DNA of 64,000 nucleotides from Eledone cirrhosa (GCA_964016885.1 OZ024763.1:30132001-30196000); one strand, 5' to 3'; shown: positions 13,401-26,245, numbered from the stretch's first letter. Numbers and translations: made by a program. Notes: generated from the sequence alone by a model not told the origin.

Positions 13401-14114
13401 CTCATTTCTAGTACCGAACCCATAGCCTCCATGGATTCCGTCATAGCCATCACAATGCTGTCCAACGTGACCATTTAGGTCGCCTGCAATAACTATATAG
13501 TCACTGTCGCTTATTTGGGAGGTAGCGAGCATCAGTGTCTCGTAGAATCTGTCTTTTATAGCACCGGGCAGTCCGGATTGTGGTGCGTACGCAGATATTA
13601 CTGTCACCGTAGTTTTATTGAGGACAAGTCTTATTTTAATTATTCTGTCGTTCACTCTATTTACGTCTATTATCTTATCTGCCCACTTTTCTGCTACCAT
13701 GATTCCTACCCCACCCAACCCATTGTCATTTCCCACCCAGAAAAGCTTATAGCATCGTTCTTTACCCACGATGAATCTAGCCGACCCTCCCCTCGACCTG
13801 GTCTCTTGAATACAACAAACATCGACCTCCTTACGTTCAAGCATTTCTACAACCTCGTTAGAGCGACCCTTTAAGGTGCCTACATTCATGGTACCAACTC
13901 TGAAGTTTTGGATTGCGTTTGGAGGGTGGGAGGGGTGGGGCGCGGGGGGGGATGGGGTTATGTTAGCCATCCTGGGCCGAAACAAGGCGGAGTGCTTGCA
14001 TTCTCGTCCACGAGGTGAATTTGTCTTTATCTTTGGCATTGTCGCTGAGCGTCCACATTTTTCTCTCTTCAACTCTCCAGAATTCCGTAGTCCATCCATC
14101 ATATCGAAAAGCAA
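10477..14114 (-). mobile_element. RTE-clade non-LTR retrotransposon (ORF, 3'UTR, (GAT)n tail); 5' boundary not resolved
   Basis: Single EN-RT ORF, ~370 bp 3'UTR, plus-strand (ATC)n tail at 10477-10497. Confidence 0.92.
10869..14114 (-). CDS. RTE LINE polyprotein: APE endonuclease, reverse transcriptase, PHD-like zinc finger
   Basis: Uninterrupted 1081 codons (first ATG at 14102). EN motifs GTMNVGTL, CIQET, SAYAPQ, GDLNGHVG, VDYIL, SQHR; RT motifs YRGIKL, QFGF, FVDLEKAFD, GVHQGSVLSP, YADD, FRYLG; RTE-type C-terminus GRPRKTW. Confidence 0.95.
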   Translation of the reverse strand: MLFDMMDGLRNSGELKREKCGRSATMPKIKTNSPRGRECKHSALFRPRMANITPSPPAPHPSHPPNAIQNFRVGTMNVGTLKGRSNEVVEMLERKEVDVCCIQETRSRGGSARFIVGKERCYKLFWVGNDNGLGGVGIMVAEKWADKIIDVNRVNDRIIKIRLVLNKTTVTVISAYAPQSGLPGAIKDRFYETLMLATSQISDSDYIVIAGDLNGHVGQHCDGYDGIHGGYGFGTRNEEGSRILEFCDANNLTICNTNFKKRDNHLITYRSGEHTSQVDYILTRRRDRVSVVNTKSLPHEEFTSQHRLIISDLIVRTRRTRQRKRTILRRKIWKLKDPIARNKFQSILLDAFDSKEEQLESYNIEEQWEFLRANLLTAADEVCGWSRPVGRRRVTWWWNSKVEESIKAKKQAWKAWRDGGSREDYQVARREARRQVYFARREAEERKFKHVLQREDQKREVFRIARQCVKENRDIVGEKCVLNDDGILAITDADKKVAWKCHYERLLNEENKWEKDSLPHIDPIEGPAVLVQGSTISKAIKDMKTGKAAGPSEIVAEMLKASGSVGHTMVTRIVNQVVQNGVVPKDWRSSIIVNCYKGKGDALDRSNYRGIKLIDQVMKVTEKVIAQLIRERIDLDEMQFGFVSGKSTTDTLFIVRQLQEKYLAKSKPLYLAFVDLEKAFDRVPRSIIWWSLRKLGVDEWLVRAIQAMYKETVSKVRINNEYSEEFSVKVGVHQGSVLSPLLFIIALQAITEEFKTGCPWELLYADDLTLIAESMTELEKKFQTWKHGLESKGLKINLAKTKVLVCRKENMAAVPSGKWPCSVCRKGVGRNSILCPKCKVWLHKRCSGITGKLTKNIDFTCGRCSGAISSSKCPQNTSSFNCAEGSIEIVDSFRYLGDKISSGGGCSESTVARVRTGWKKFRELIPLLAARGFSLKMKGRLYDACIRTAMLHGSETWALCAEDIRRLERNEACMLRWMCNSNIRERQSINELRKKLEIRGIRCCLLERRLHWYGHVMRMKDDSCITKCRAIKIDGSHGVGRPRKTWDELINSDLTRLHLSKTMSLDRDLWRYSVIEKTRLT

Positions 14115-15130
14115 CCAGTTAGGCGATAGTATGGGCCTCTGACTTATGATTGGTCCACGTAATAATGGTGGTGCGTGGGGGAGGGTGGGAGGGATGATGT
14201 GTTGTTAGCGAGAATGTAAGGTTTAAGATAAGATCGCCGTATTTTGGGCATAATTTAACAATAAATGAAAATACAAGATTTGTTTTGTTTAAGAAAATAC
14301 GATAGAGAAAATGCGGTGATAGGGAAAATATGATTTTTAGAGAAAAAATATGATATAGAATGATAGAATGGTGAAAATATGATATAGTGTGAAATTAGGA
14401 CATAGAACAGTCATTGAAATGAATGGATTCGAATGGAGAGAAGAATCGAGAAAAATATTTGGACGTTACTTTATACCGCAAGAAGAGCCATCCCAGAAAT
14501 AGCGAGTTGGCGATTGTGATTAATTTTGGTAGGGATTTATCTTATATGTATAGAGAGGGATGGGGGGGGGCAGGAACCAGCATGATGTATGGGTAGGGGG
14601 TAGAAGATGGGATGGAGCAGAGGTTAAGAGTTTAAATAGGTACTAGAAGTGTGTGTGTATATATATATATATGTGTGTGTGTGAGAGAGAGAATGAGAGT
14701 GAGTGTGTATGTGTGTGTGTGTATGGGTATGTGTGTGTGTATATGTGTATGTTTGTGGATATATATATTTATATATGTGTGTGTGTGTGTATATATATGT
14801 ATATATATATACACACACACAACCCACCAACCAACCACCAAAGCCACTAACACAAACACGACACACTCAATTATCTAAAGAAATTTTACCACTATTGGTT
14901 AGCATTAAAAATACTAGAACTTTCTACAGCCAAATCGAAAATTAACTACCATTGGTTTGTCTGATTAACAGACTAAAAGACCGATTGGTCGATTAGTTTA
15001 ATGTCGAATCGATTGATTCCTGACATCAATACGCTGACCAAACATCTAACCAAACATATTGATTGGAAACCAGTCTGGGAAGACATTATTTTGTTAGCTA
15101 AAATACGACCAATAATATTGTGTTATTGCA

Positions 15131-15143
15131 AGTAGTAGTTGTA

Positions 15144-15196
<53 letters not shown>

Positions 15197-15499
15197 GGTG
15201 GTGGTGGTGGTGGTGGTAGTAGTAGTAGTAGTAGTGGTGGTAGTAGTAGCTGTAGTAGTGGTGGTAGTAGTAGTAGTAGTAGTAGTGGTAGTAGTAGCTG
15301 TAGTAGTGGTGGTGGTGGCAGTAGTATCTGTAGTAGTAGTAGTGGTAGTAGAGTAGTAGTAGTTGTAGTAGTGGTAGTAGTAGTAGTAGCAGTAGTTGTG
15401 GTAGTAGTGGTAGTAGTAGTAACAGTAATTGTGGAAGTAGTAGTGGTAGTAGTAGTAGTAGTAGTAGTAGTAGTCGTAGTAGTGGTAGTAGTAGTAGTG

Positions 15500-15557
<58 letters not shown>

Positions 15558-15570
15558 TAGTAGTAGCAGC
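15131..15570. repeat. (TAG/TGG)n trinucleotide microsatellite
   Basis: Directly visible. Confidence 0.95.
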
Positions 15571-15579
15571 AGCAGCCGC

Positions 15580-15820
15580 CACCGTTTTGCGTCCATGTTT
15601 CCACACTTGCATGGGTTTGACGGGTTGTCCACGCCAGGAGGCAAGTCTGGCCAGAGTAGGCCATATCCACCAGCGAGGACTGAAAATTTGGCCAGGTATT
15701 TTACAACTGGGTGTCCTTCTTAACACCAACTACATTTACAGTGTGGGGCTGGATGGCTCCGTACTGTAAATGTGGTTGGTGTTAGGAAGGGCATCCAGCT
15801 GTAAAATACCTGGCCAAATA
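15580..15820. mobile_element. RTE-type 3' tail fragments, partly inverted
   Basis: GCGTCCATGTTTCCACACTTGCATGGGTTTG matches the LINE 3' end at ~10505-10535; 15680-15745 and 15763-15818 are inverted copies. Confidence 0.7.
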
Positions 15821-15822
15821 TA

Positions 15823-16168
15823 TCATCATCATCATCATCATCATTTTACGTCCGCTTTTCCCTGCTTGCAAGGGTGGAACGGGAACTGATTTTGGCTCGA
15901 TTTCTACAGCTGGATGCCCTTCCTAACACCAATTTCATTTACAGTGAGTGCTGGGTGCTTTTTTGCCGTGGCACCTCCACGACCACTTTGCAGTGGAATG
16001 ATAGGGACCCCAGTCCCTATCATCTCATTTCTACAGCTGAGTAAACTGAAGCAATGTGAAATAAAGTGTCTTGCTCAAGGAAACAACACATCACCCGGTT
16101 TGAGAATTGAACTCACAACCTTTCGATTGCAAGGGGAATGCTTTAACCACTAAGCCATGTGCCTCCAT
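15823..16168 (-). mobile_element. SINE family B: tRNA head, CORE-like domain, RTE-like 3' tail with (ATG)n
   Basis: Head TGGCTTAGTGG...GAGTTCAATTC; CORE-like CCTTGAGCAAGACACTT...CAGTTTACTCAGCTGTAGAAATGAG; tail GTTAGGAAGGGCATCCA shared with the RTE 3'UTR. Confidence 0.85.
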
Positions 16169-16313
16169 GCATATATATAGTTATGTAATAAACAATATAA
16201 GATAATTAATTCATTTACCAGTGGTTTCTTTTATTGTTTATTACATAACTAAAAAGCTCTGTAGCCTACATAGAGCACTCTCTTTTACTTTACCTTTCCT
16301 ACGGAAATGCTTC

Positions 16314-16334
<21 letters not shown>

Positions 16335-16355
<21 letters not shown>

Positions 16356-16510
16356 AAGGTGGGTAAAATTCCCGAGATCCATTGACGAGTTCTCTCCAGC
16401 GGTCTCTGTCCCTCATTATCGCTGCCATGTTCTGCATCTCCAACAGACCAGTGTCTGTCCTTAGGGCATCAACATACGTTAACCTTGGTCTTCCTTTTCT
16501 AGTGTGACCA
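16335..16510 (-). pseudogene. RTE-like LINE C-terminal fragment
   Basis: Translates to RKGRPRLTYVDALRTDTGL...MRDRDRWRELV. Confidence 0.7.
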
Positions 16511-16525
16511 TATTTAATATTGAAA

Positions 16526-16576
16526 AGCTTCTACAGGACTAGAACTGTTTCAGTCGTGAGAAATCGTCAGGAAGCT
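16526..16576 (-). ncRNA. Type I hammerhead ribozyme motif
   Basis: AGCTTC-CTGACGA-TTTCTCACGACT-GAAACAG-TTCTAGTC-CTGTA-GAAGCT: perfect 6-bp stem I, 4-bp stem III, GUA site; stem II weak. Confidence 0.7.
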
Positions 16577-16702
16577 CATGATGATTTCTCACGAATTAAA
16601 CAGTTCTAGTCCTGTAGAAGTTTTTTTATATTAAACATTTATACTCTGCTATGTATTGAGTATCTTACTTACTGTGGTTACCCTCAATTGAACCCGGAAT
16701 AA

Positions 16703-16735
<33 letters not shown>

Positions 16736-16868
16736 GGGGTAACAAATAATAGTTAAATGCAGTCCACTTGTTGTAATTGTTGTTATTGTTCTAATTGAAT
16801 GCCATTACTACTTCATATAGTAGCCTGTATATTCTTTTCTTGCCTGTGTATTTTCTTCATTCTCGCAT

Positions 16869-16974
16869 GCTCCGAAGATCTGACTAGTTATAATTTTGTA
16901 TTGGCGATCGAGTAACGTGAAAATAAGCGAATAGCGATCTCTAGACCTACCAGTTCAGAGAAACAATTGTCAGC
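16869..16974 (+). ncRNA. Hammerhead-like motif with CCGAAGA core and long stem II
   Basis: GCT-CCGAAGA-TCTGA...TCAGA-GAAACAATTGTC-AGC. Confidence 0.5.
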
Positions 16975-17150
16975 TATGAGATTAAAAACCTTTTTTGTAT
17001 AGCAAACCATGTCAACCTTCTTTCCTGATTTATATATATATATATATATATATTCTTCGGAAAATATATTTGCTCCATTCCAGAAACTAATTAGTTGGAA
17101 GTGATATTTTAGTAAGTAAGTTAATTTTATAATTTTCTTATTTTACGTCT

Positions 17151-17190
<40 letters not shown>

Positions 17191-17502
17191 AAAGGTATAT
17201 ATTGAGTTAGAAACTCAAAATAGCCTCTTACAATTAAATAGCTCAAAGAAAGAGGTTTTTCTGAGCCGTGTAATATAATTGAATATACAAGAGAGATAAA
17301 CACAGATATAGATACATACATGTATTTAAATTGTAAGGGACCAAGTTCGCTAGAGTGAAGAAACTATTAACTATTAACAATATTGTTTGCCTGACTCAAT
17401 TTAAAACAATCTATCAAGAAAAGGAATACAAACCAATATTGGGTAACTGCCGGAACACCCAAACAGCTTATGGTAAGCTGTTTCACAATTTTAGCGAAGG
17501 AA

Positions 17503-17567
<65 letters not shown>

Positions 17568-17714
17568 AAGTTAAATAATAAGTTAAATGTTTAAAATTTA
17601 TGATTCCAGTTCCTCAGAGAAATAACAACCTAACCAGGAACTGGACATATCAGAGTATTAACAAAATTATACACCTCAACAACATATGTACTTGTCTATA
17701 CCACACTAATTCAA

Positions 17715-17769
17715 ACTGCCTGAAGAGGTCACAACCAAAGATGGCTGTCACTGAAATATATATAGCAGT
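17715..17769 (+). ncRNA. Type I hammerhead ribozyme motif
   Basis: ACTGC-CTGAAGA-GGTCACAACCA-AAGA-TGGCTGTCACT-GAAATATATATA-GCAGT; palindromic stem III, AUA site. Confidence 0.75.
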
Positions 17770-17916
17770 AATAAATGAAGCTAAATTTTAAACATTTGAC
17801 TTTTTATTTAACTTTATTTTACATTACTCCGGAGTAACCAAACCAACCTGCGCACTTCGTCGAGTGCTCCAGCCTGCATACTGAGGTGTTGGTATACAAC
17901 CAACATATACTCAAAA

Positions 17917-18070
<154 letters not shown>

Positions 18071-18222
18071 CATATATATATATCGAATGTAGAAAAGTAA
18101 CACATGAGTTGATATATATAAAAACAAATAGTAGAAAGGAAAAAGATTCTTTCAGTAGAAAATGTTGAAGAGATTTTTTCCAGTGATATATCAAAACATT
18201 AATTTATTTACAAAACCGGTTT

Positions 18223-18410
18223 GGCGGTGGATTGGCAGCATCAGTAGAGGGTCGGACGCCATGCTTTCCAGCATAGTTACGTCCCTTTGCGATCTGAGTT
18301 CAAATCCCGCCGAGGTTGACTTTGCCTTTCATCCTTACGGGGTCGATAAAATAAAGTACCAGTAATGCACTGGGTAATTGCTGGCCTTGTGCCTAAAGTA
18401 GAAACAATTA
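18223..18410 (+). mobile_element. SINE family A, full length, long target-site duplication
   Basis: Starts GGCGGTGGATTGGCAG; ATTAATTTATTTACAAAACCGGTTT occurs at 18198-18222 and 18407-18431. Confidence 0.9.
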
Positions 18411-18512
18411 ATTTATTTACAAAACCGGTTTCAGCATTAAATGTATTGTCAATTGCGGATATGCAGAATATTATTAAGCTGCACATTTGTACAAATCGTG
18501 ATAATAGTAATA

Positions 18513-18683
18513 ATAATTGTTTCTACTTTTGGCACAAGGCCATCAAATACCCAGTACATTACTGGTACTTTATTTTATCGACCCCCGTAAGAATGAAAGG
18601 CAAAGTTAACCTCGGCAGGATTTGAACTCAGATCGTAAAGGGACGTAACTATGCTGGAAAGCATGGCGTGCGACCCTCTACCG
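18513..18683 (-). mobile_element. SINE family A copy, inverted relative to 18223-18410
   Basis: Same body sequence, 5'-truncated. Confidence 0.85.
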
Positions 18684-19035
18684 GTAGGAAATTTGTACAA
18701 ATATGCAACTTAACAATATTCTGCATATCCGCAAAGAAGAAGAAAAGGAAATATATTTTTAGTCAAAATTCCCCCCAAAAAAAGAAGAAAAGGAAAGAAA
18801 ATCAATTAATTTTAACCCTTTCGATGAGAAATCAACTGAAACCGCTCCTAGTTTTACAAACAAAACTATTTATTATAACCCTTTCGTAACAATATTTCTA
18901 ATGAAAGACACGAACAATGGTTTTCAAATAATTTTGAAAATAATCAAGAATTTGGGAGGATTTAGTAATATAACTAACTATCTGATTATTAAGCTGGTGT
19001 TTGGAACATAACTTAAAGATTCTTACATAAAATTA

Positions 19036-20780
<1,745 letters not shown>

Positions 20781-20866
20781 CAAAATGTAAATGAAAACAG
20801 CAAAGCAAACAACACAGTACAATGAAGAAATGTGTTAGTTTAACGCTTAAAATAATAGAAAAAGAG

Positions 20867-20902
20867 TCTTGAAGTTTCAGACACCAGTCCTTCATCAGAA
20901 GA
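20867..20902 (-). ncRNA. Minimal type I hammerhead motif (family shared with 55195-55230)
   Basis: TCTT-CTGATGA-AGGACTGGTGTCT-GAAACTTC-AAGA. Confidence 0.7.
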
Positions 20903-21132
20903 TAGAATGTGAAATAGAAAGATTGAATAAGAAGAGGAAGGAGAGAAAAATGAATGAGAAAAAACCGTGTGTGTATTTAGTCAGCTTGATAATGAGAAAG
21001 TTATATTCTGAAATTCCTCCAAATAACTGTTTATTTTCTAAATAATCTTGGAAAGCACTATAAATGCCAAAAATGAGAGGGAAAGGATGGAAAGAACAAG
21101 GACTATTAGACAAGTCAGAGCGATGTTTCAGC

Positions 21133-21450
21133 TGTAACCTGTGGACAAAATAGCAAAAGCATTTCCATGGACAATGGCCACCGACACTCATTGCAAGAAC
21201 CACTTCACCTCATGGGGCTCCTTCCTCAGATGGGCTGCTATTGATCCAATTTCATGGAGGAGGTTAGCTGTCCGAGCTCCAAGGGCACCTGAAGTCTCGA
21301 TGGCGACCAATGCAGAGAGAAAGCATCAGACAAACTCCGGTATTTGCTTGTCATCCAGCCCTCAGCATTGCAAGCCACAGTACCAGGGTTTGTGGCCGAG
21401 GCAACTAAGTTTGTAGGTGGAGAATGTGTCACAGCATGTTGTGTCCCAAC
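21133..21450 (-). pseudogene. CRE-like non-LTR retrotransposon C-terminal restriction-like endonuclease fragment
   Basis: Across frameshifts: WDTTCCDTF...AEGWMTSKYRSL...VAIETSGALG...LLHEIG...LQ*VSVAIVHGNAFAIL, matching the WDxT...ETxG...QRGNA pattern of CRE-clade elements. Confidence 0.7.
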
Positions 21451-21591
21451 ATTATTTGAAAATAACAGGTATTGCCTTTCATTAGAAATATGGTTAACAA
21501 AAGAGTTAAAGTTTTTATATTTATTTAAAAACCTGCCATCATAATTTTGTGTCAGAACCTTTGTAAAGTTATGTTCCAAATACCAGCTTAA

Positions 21592-21766
21592 CCCTTTAGC
21601 ATTCACATTGCTCTAATATACTATTGCATTTTCACATAAAGGCTTTACCTCACATAATATCGAAGCTATGACATTTTGATATTATTTATTCTGAGAACAA
21701 TACCTTAATGTCAGTACGAGCAGCAGAGAATTCTGGCCAGATATAACCGGTTTAAATGCTAAAGGG
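21592..21766. mobile_element. piggyBac-like MITE (175 bp)
   Basis: TTAA on both sides; TIRs CCCTTTAGCATT / AATGCTAAAGGG. Confidence 0.8.
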
Positions 21767-22054
21767 TTAATAATGAGAAATTGATATTACTAAAGCCTCC
21801 CAAATTCTTGATTATAAAAACTTCAACTCTTTTGTTACTATATATCTAATGAAAAACACTGCCTATTAAAAAAAAAATTTGTTTTCGCTCTAGCATGGTG
21901 GAGACCTAAATGTACTTGTGCCTGAATAACAATAATTGTTTCTACTTTAGGCACAAGGCCAGCAATTACCCAGTGCATTACTGGTACTTTATTTTATCGA
22001 CCCCGTAAGGATGAAAGGCAAAGTCAACCTTGGCGGGAAACAATATTAATAATA

Positions 22055-22375
22055 TTCACATCTAGAGTAAGGAACAAATATTGTAATAGACTGGGGTTCA
22101 AAGGCCCTCAACTCTTCGACAAGCTGCCAAGAAATTTGAGAGATCTGCATGGTGTGGACGTGGATGTTTTCAAGAAACATCTTGACACCCTGCTATCCAG
22201 GATCCCAGATAAACCCACAGCATGGTACAAAGGTAGCCTAAGGGCAGCAGCAACAAACTCCCTCTTACACCAATGGCCAGCCAACACAGGCTAGATATAG
22301 AACGTGTAGCAACAAGGCTGGTGCCCCAGCATGGCTTCAGCCAGATGGCTGGCACAGGTAAAAGGGTAAAAGGGT
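22055..22375 (+). pseudogene. CR1/L2-group LINE 3' end
   Basis: Translates to GFKGPQLFDKLPRNLRDLHGVDVDVFKKHLDTLLSRIPDKP...RAAATNSL; GGTAAAAG-repeat tail; related tails at ~22795-22840 and 48500-48550. Confidence 0.7.
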
Positions 22376-22914
22376 TTGATATTAGTATTGTTCACTCACG
22401 AATACACTGCCTACTATTTTCAAATAATTTGGAAAATAAACAAAATTTTGGAGGAATTTAAAAATATAACTAACTTTCTCATTATTAAGCTGGTGTTTGG
22501 AACATAACTTAACAGAGGTTGTTCCATAAAATTATGATGAAAGCTATTTAGATATATATATAAGCACATACAAACAAGATAAATGAAACCTTTTTTAAAA
22601 AGTGACTTTCTATGCGGATAACTTATAATTTGTGACTAACCAGTTTTCACTCCCGTGAGCTCATAAAAAAGATTTAATTATGCTGGAACTTCTAACACAT
22701 GTCTGGAATTGCATCTTATGTTATTTCTATGTATGAAAAGCATTAGAACATTAGAGTCAACTTCAACCCTTTTTTTATTATATATATATATATGCCCCAT
22801 CATAGCCCCAGCAGGATGGCTGGAATAGGTAAAAGAGTATATATACATATATATATAGATATAGACAAGAAGTATAAGTCAACAGGTTAAAATTAACTTT
22901 GTTTATTCATAGTT

Positions 22915-22973
22915 ACTGTTATATATATTTCAGTGATAACTGTTATGCAACAGTTATGACCTCATCAGACAGC
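22915..22973 (-). ncRNA. Type I hammerhead ribozyme motif (family shared with 17715-17769)
   Basis: GCTGT-CTGATGA-GGTCATAACTGTT-GCAT-AACAGTTATCACT-GAAATATATATA-ACAGT; 9-bp perfect helix in stem II. Confidence 0.78.
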
Positions 22974-23981
22974 TAGAAGTTGAACAGAAAAGAACAGAAA
23001 AACATAAAGATGAAATAAAGCTTATATATAACAGTGACTGTTAATAAACAAAATTTATTTTAACCTATTGAATTGTAGTTCATGTTTATAAACATAGTCC
23101 TCTGGAGTAAACAGACCCACCTGTGCACTTTGCCGAGTGCTCTACCCTGCATACTGAAGTGTCGGTGGTTAACCAACACATACTAGAATTAATATATATA
23201 TAATAAATGTGAAGACTAAAATCCAAAGAGGGCGCTCGATAAGGATAAATATATATCAAATATATAAGAACCATAGAGCAAATATTTATTAAAATAACAG
23301 ATTAAAGTTTAAGCAAAGAATCGCTGCTTTCACCCTTAACGAGATCTTCTCAAGATCCCGTGAAGGGTGAAAGCAGATGGGAGGCCAAATGGAGAATGGG
23401 GGCAATGATGGTTAGAAACAAAAATTACCGTATTTCCCAGCACCGAAGACACTTCGTCCTCGAGGTCACACCCTAATTTTGACAACCAAAAATAAAAAAA
23501 AAAATAATAAACAACCTTCGGCCTCCAGGACGCATGGTAGATTTCTGAGCCTTATTTTAGGGAAAAGATGTAGTGTCTTTGACATCAGTAAATAGGGTGG
23601 TTTGTATTTCTTTTAATATTTACTAATACAATAATTGTTTCTACTTTTGGCACAAGGCCAGCAATTATCCCAGTGCATTACTGGTACTTTATTTATTGAC
23701 CCTGTAAGGATGAAAGGCAAAGTTAACCTCGGCGGGATTTGAACTCAGAATGTAAAAATACAATAATGATTTCTACCATAAGCACAAGGCCAGTAATTTA
23801 GACTGAGGCGGGGGGGGGGGGGTTATTATTCTAGACCAAAGAGTAAGTTATTGTGGACTTTATGCGCAGATGTTGAAAAAAACAATGAAATAATTTTACA
23901 TAAATTTATGAAGAAGTAAAAAGTCCTTCTAAAATCAGGGAGTGTCTTATACGAAAGGGTATCGAATAGGCCAGCAAATAT

Positions 23982-24022
<41 letters not shown>

Positions 24023-24157
24023 CTGAATCTTAACCATCTACTATGTCAGGGTATGTCTCATGCCTCATCTTATTCTATTTGATGAGGACGTACTGTTGAA
24101 ATATGTATAATAAAATATACTTGATCACAAGAATATCTATTTTGTTAATATTTTGAA

Positions 24158-24198
<41 letters not shown>

Positions 24199-24292
24199 AA
24201 TATGATAAAAGAAGGCTTTCAAAAGTGCACCTGGTATATATATATATGATAAAGAACACAAGAGCGTCTACAACATCAAAAGATTTTTATTG

Positions 24293-24337
24293 GCTTACAA
24301 TGTTTCTTCCTTACGTAACCGTAGGATTCGTCAGAGC
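24293..24337 (-). ncRNA. Type I hammerhead ribozyme motif
   Basis: GCT-CTGACGA-ATCCTACG-GTTA-CGTAAGGAA-GAAACATTGTA-AGC. Confidence 0.65.
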
Positions 24338-24454
24338 TATAAAAGGGGTTTGGTTGGTGTTATGGACTCTACCAACCAAACATTCAAGAACAAAGAGTAA
24401 AGAGAGTAAAGAGCAAAAGTAGGGGACGATAAGTCTTATATATATATATATATA

Positions 24455-24643
24455 TAATTGTTTCTATTTTAGGCACAAGGCCAGCAATTACCCAGTGCAT
24501 TACTGGTACTTTATTTTATCGACCCCGTAAGGATGAAAGGCAAAGTCAACCTCGGTGGGATTTGAACTCAGATCGTAAAGGGACGTAACTCTATGCTGGA
24601 AAGCATGGCGTCCGACCCTCTACCGATACTGCCAATCCACCGC
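24455..24643 (-). mobile_element. SINE family A copy
   Basis: Near full length; directly abuts a perfect palindrome. Confidence 0.88.
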
Positions 24644-25084
24644 AGGTTTCGCTACATGTTATAAAGATCCATTATATATATATATATATAATGGATCTTT
24701 ATAACATGTAGCGAAACCTGATTTCTCTATTTTGGATCTTGAAACATTTGTTATTAGGTTAAATTGTTTTTTCATTAAAACTCCTTCATGTTGATTTTCA
24801 ACCACATCGGTTTGGGTCACTTTTGTCCCTGACAGAAATAACCCAAACCAAGAAAAAAAAGAAATTTACCTAATAACAAATGTTTTGATGATCCATAACA
24901 GAGAAAGCAGGCTTTGCTAAAATCAATTTTTTGTACATACTATAAAGATCCTTTTCATATATACCAGGTGTGCTTTTCAAACCCTTTCTTTTTAAAATCA
25001 TTTTCCTTATATAACGTGATCTCTATAGAAAGGCTTCGAATGTCTTTGTGTGTATAAACCTGTGGAAAATAAAAATATAACATC

Positions 25085-25120
<36 letters not shown>

Positions 25121-25229
25121 AATAAGGAAGAAATAAGACAAAAGTCAAGAATTGTTGGTTCAATTGAATCTTTACTAAATCTAGAAATATGTTACCTCAT
25201 CTCAGAAATATATATATATATAATATGTG

Positions 25230-25273
<44 letters not shown>

Positions 25274-25350
25274 CTTGTATATGATGTAATATATACATAT
25301 ATATTTACATATAAATGTATATGTATCATCATCATAGCCATGTATATGTA

Positions 25351-25392
<42 letters not shown>

Positions 25393-25460
25393 GTATCATA
25401 TTCATGTATACGCATGTGTGTTTGTGTGTGCATATATATATATATATATGTATGTATGTA

Positions 25461-25556
<96 letters not shown>

Positions 25557-25812
25557 GTATGTATATATATATATATATATACATACATACAGACAAACAG
25601 ACATCTAGATAGATTTATGTCCATATTCCTGGGAAGCAGGATGGAAAGGAAAAAAGAGAAGAAAGAGAGAGAAAGAAAGAGAAAGGTGAAGAATATATAA
25701 ACAGAAAAATAACAAAAATTTAAAATTTACCAGAAATAAAAAATGAAAAAAAAAATAGATATATATATAAACAACAAAAAGAATGTGTGTGTTCTGATTA
25801 TATTTTTAATTA

Positions 25813-25848
<36 letters not shown>

Positions 25849-25952
25849 TTTTTTTGTGTTGTTGGTAGTTTTTGTTTGTTTTTGAGAAGGATGGTCACTT
25901 TTGGAGAGGGCATGGGCGTGAACTTTACAGTAAGCTGGCAAGCAGTTCTGTG

Positions 25953-26005
<53 letters not shown>

Positions 26006-26017
26006 TATATATATGTA

Positions 26018-26074
<57 letters not shown>

Positions 26075-26124
26075 ATGTATGTACATGTGTGTATATACAT
26101 ATATATGTATATATATATATGTTA

Positions 26125-26164
<40 letters not shown>

Positions 26165-26207
26165 GTGTCTGTGTGTGAGTGTGTTTGTGTTAATATATAT
26201 ATACATA

Positions 26208-26245
<38 letters not shown>

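Noticed and set aside
11149-14142. Plus-strand ORFs overlapping the LINE
   Set aside because: Antisense shadows with no recognisable motifs.
14885-15070. Cluster of ATTGG/CCAAT motifs as the LINE promoter
   Set aside because: LINE 5' end and TSD could not be located; the motif is too short to support a call.
16085-16168. tRNA gene
   Set aside because: tRNA-like head continues into a SINE body and tail; multi-copy SINE, not a tRNA gene.
24076-24113. Hammerhead-like TTGATGA...GAAATATGTATA
   Set aside because: Uncompensated C3U and weak stems; probably a decayed copy, not counted.
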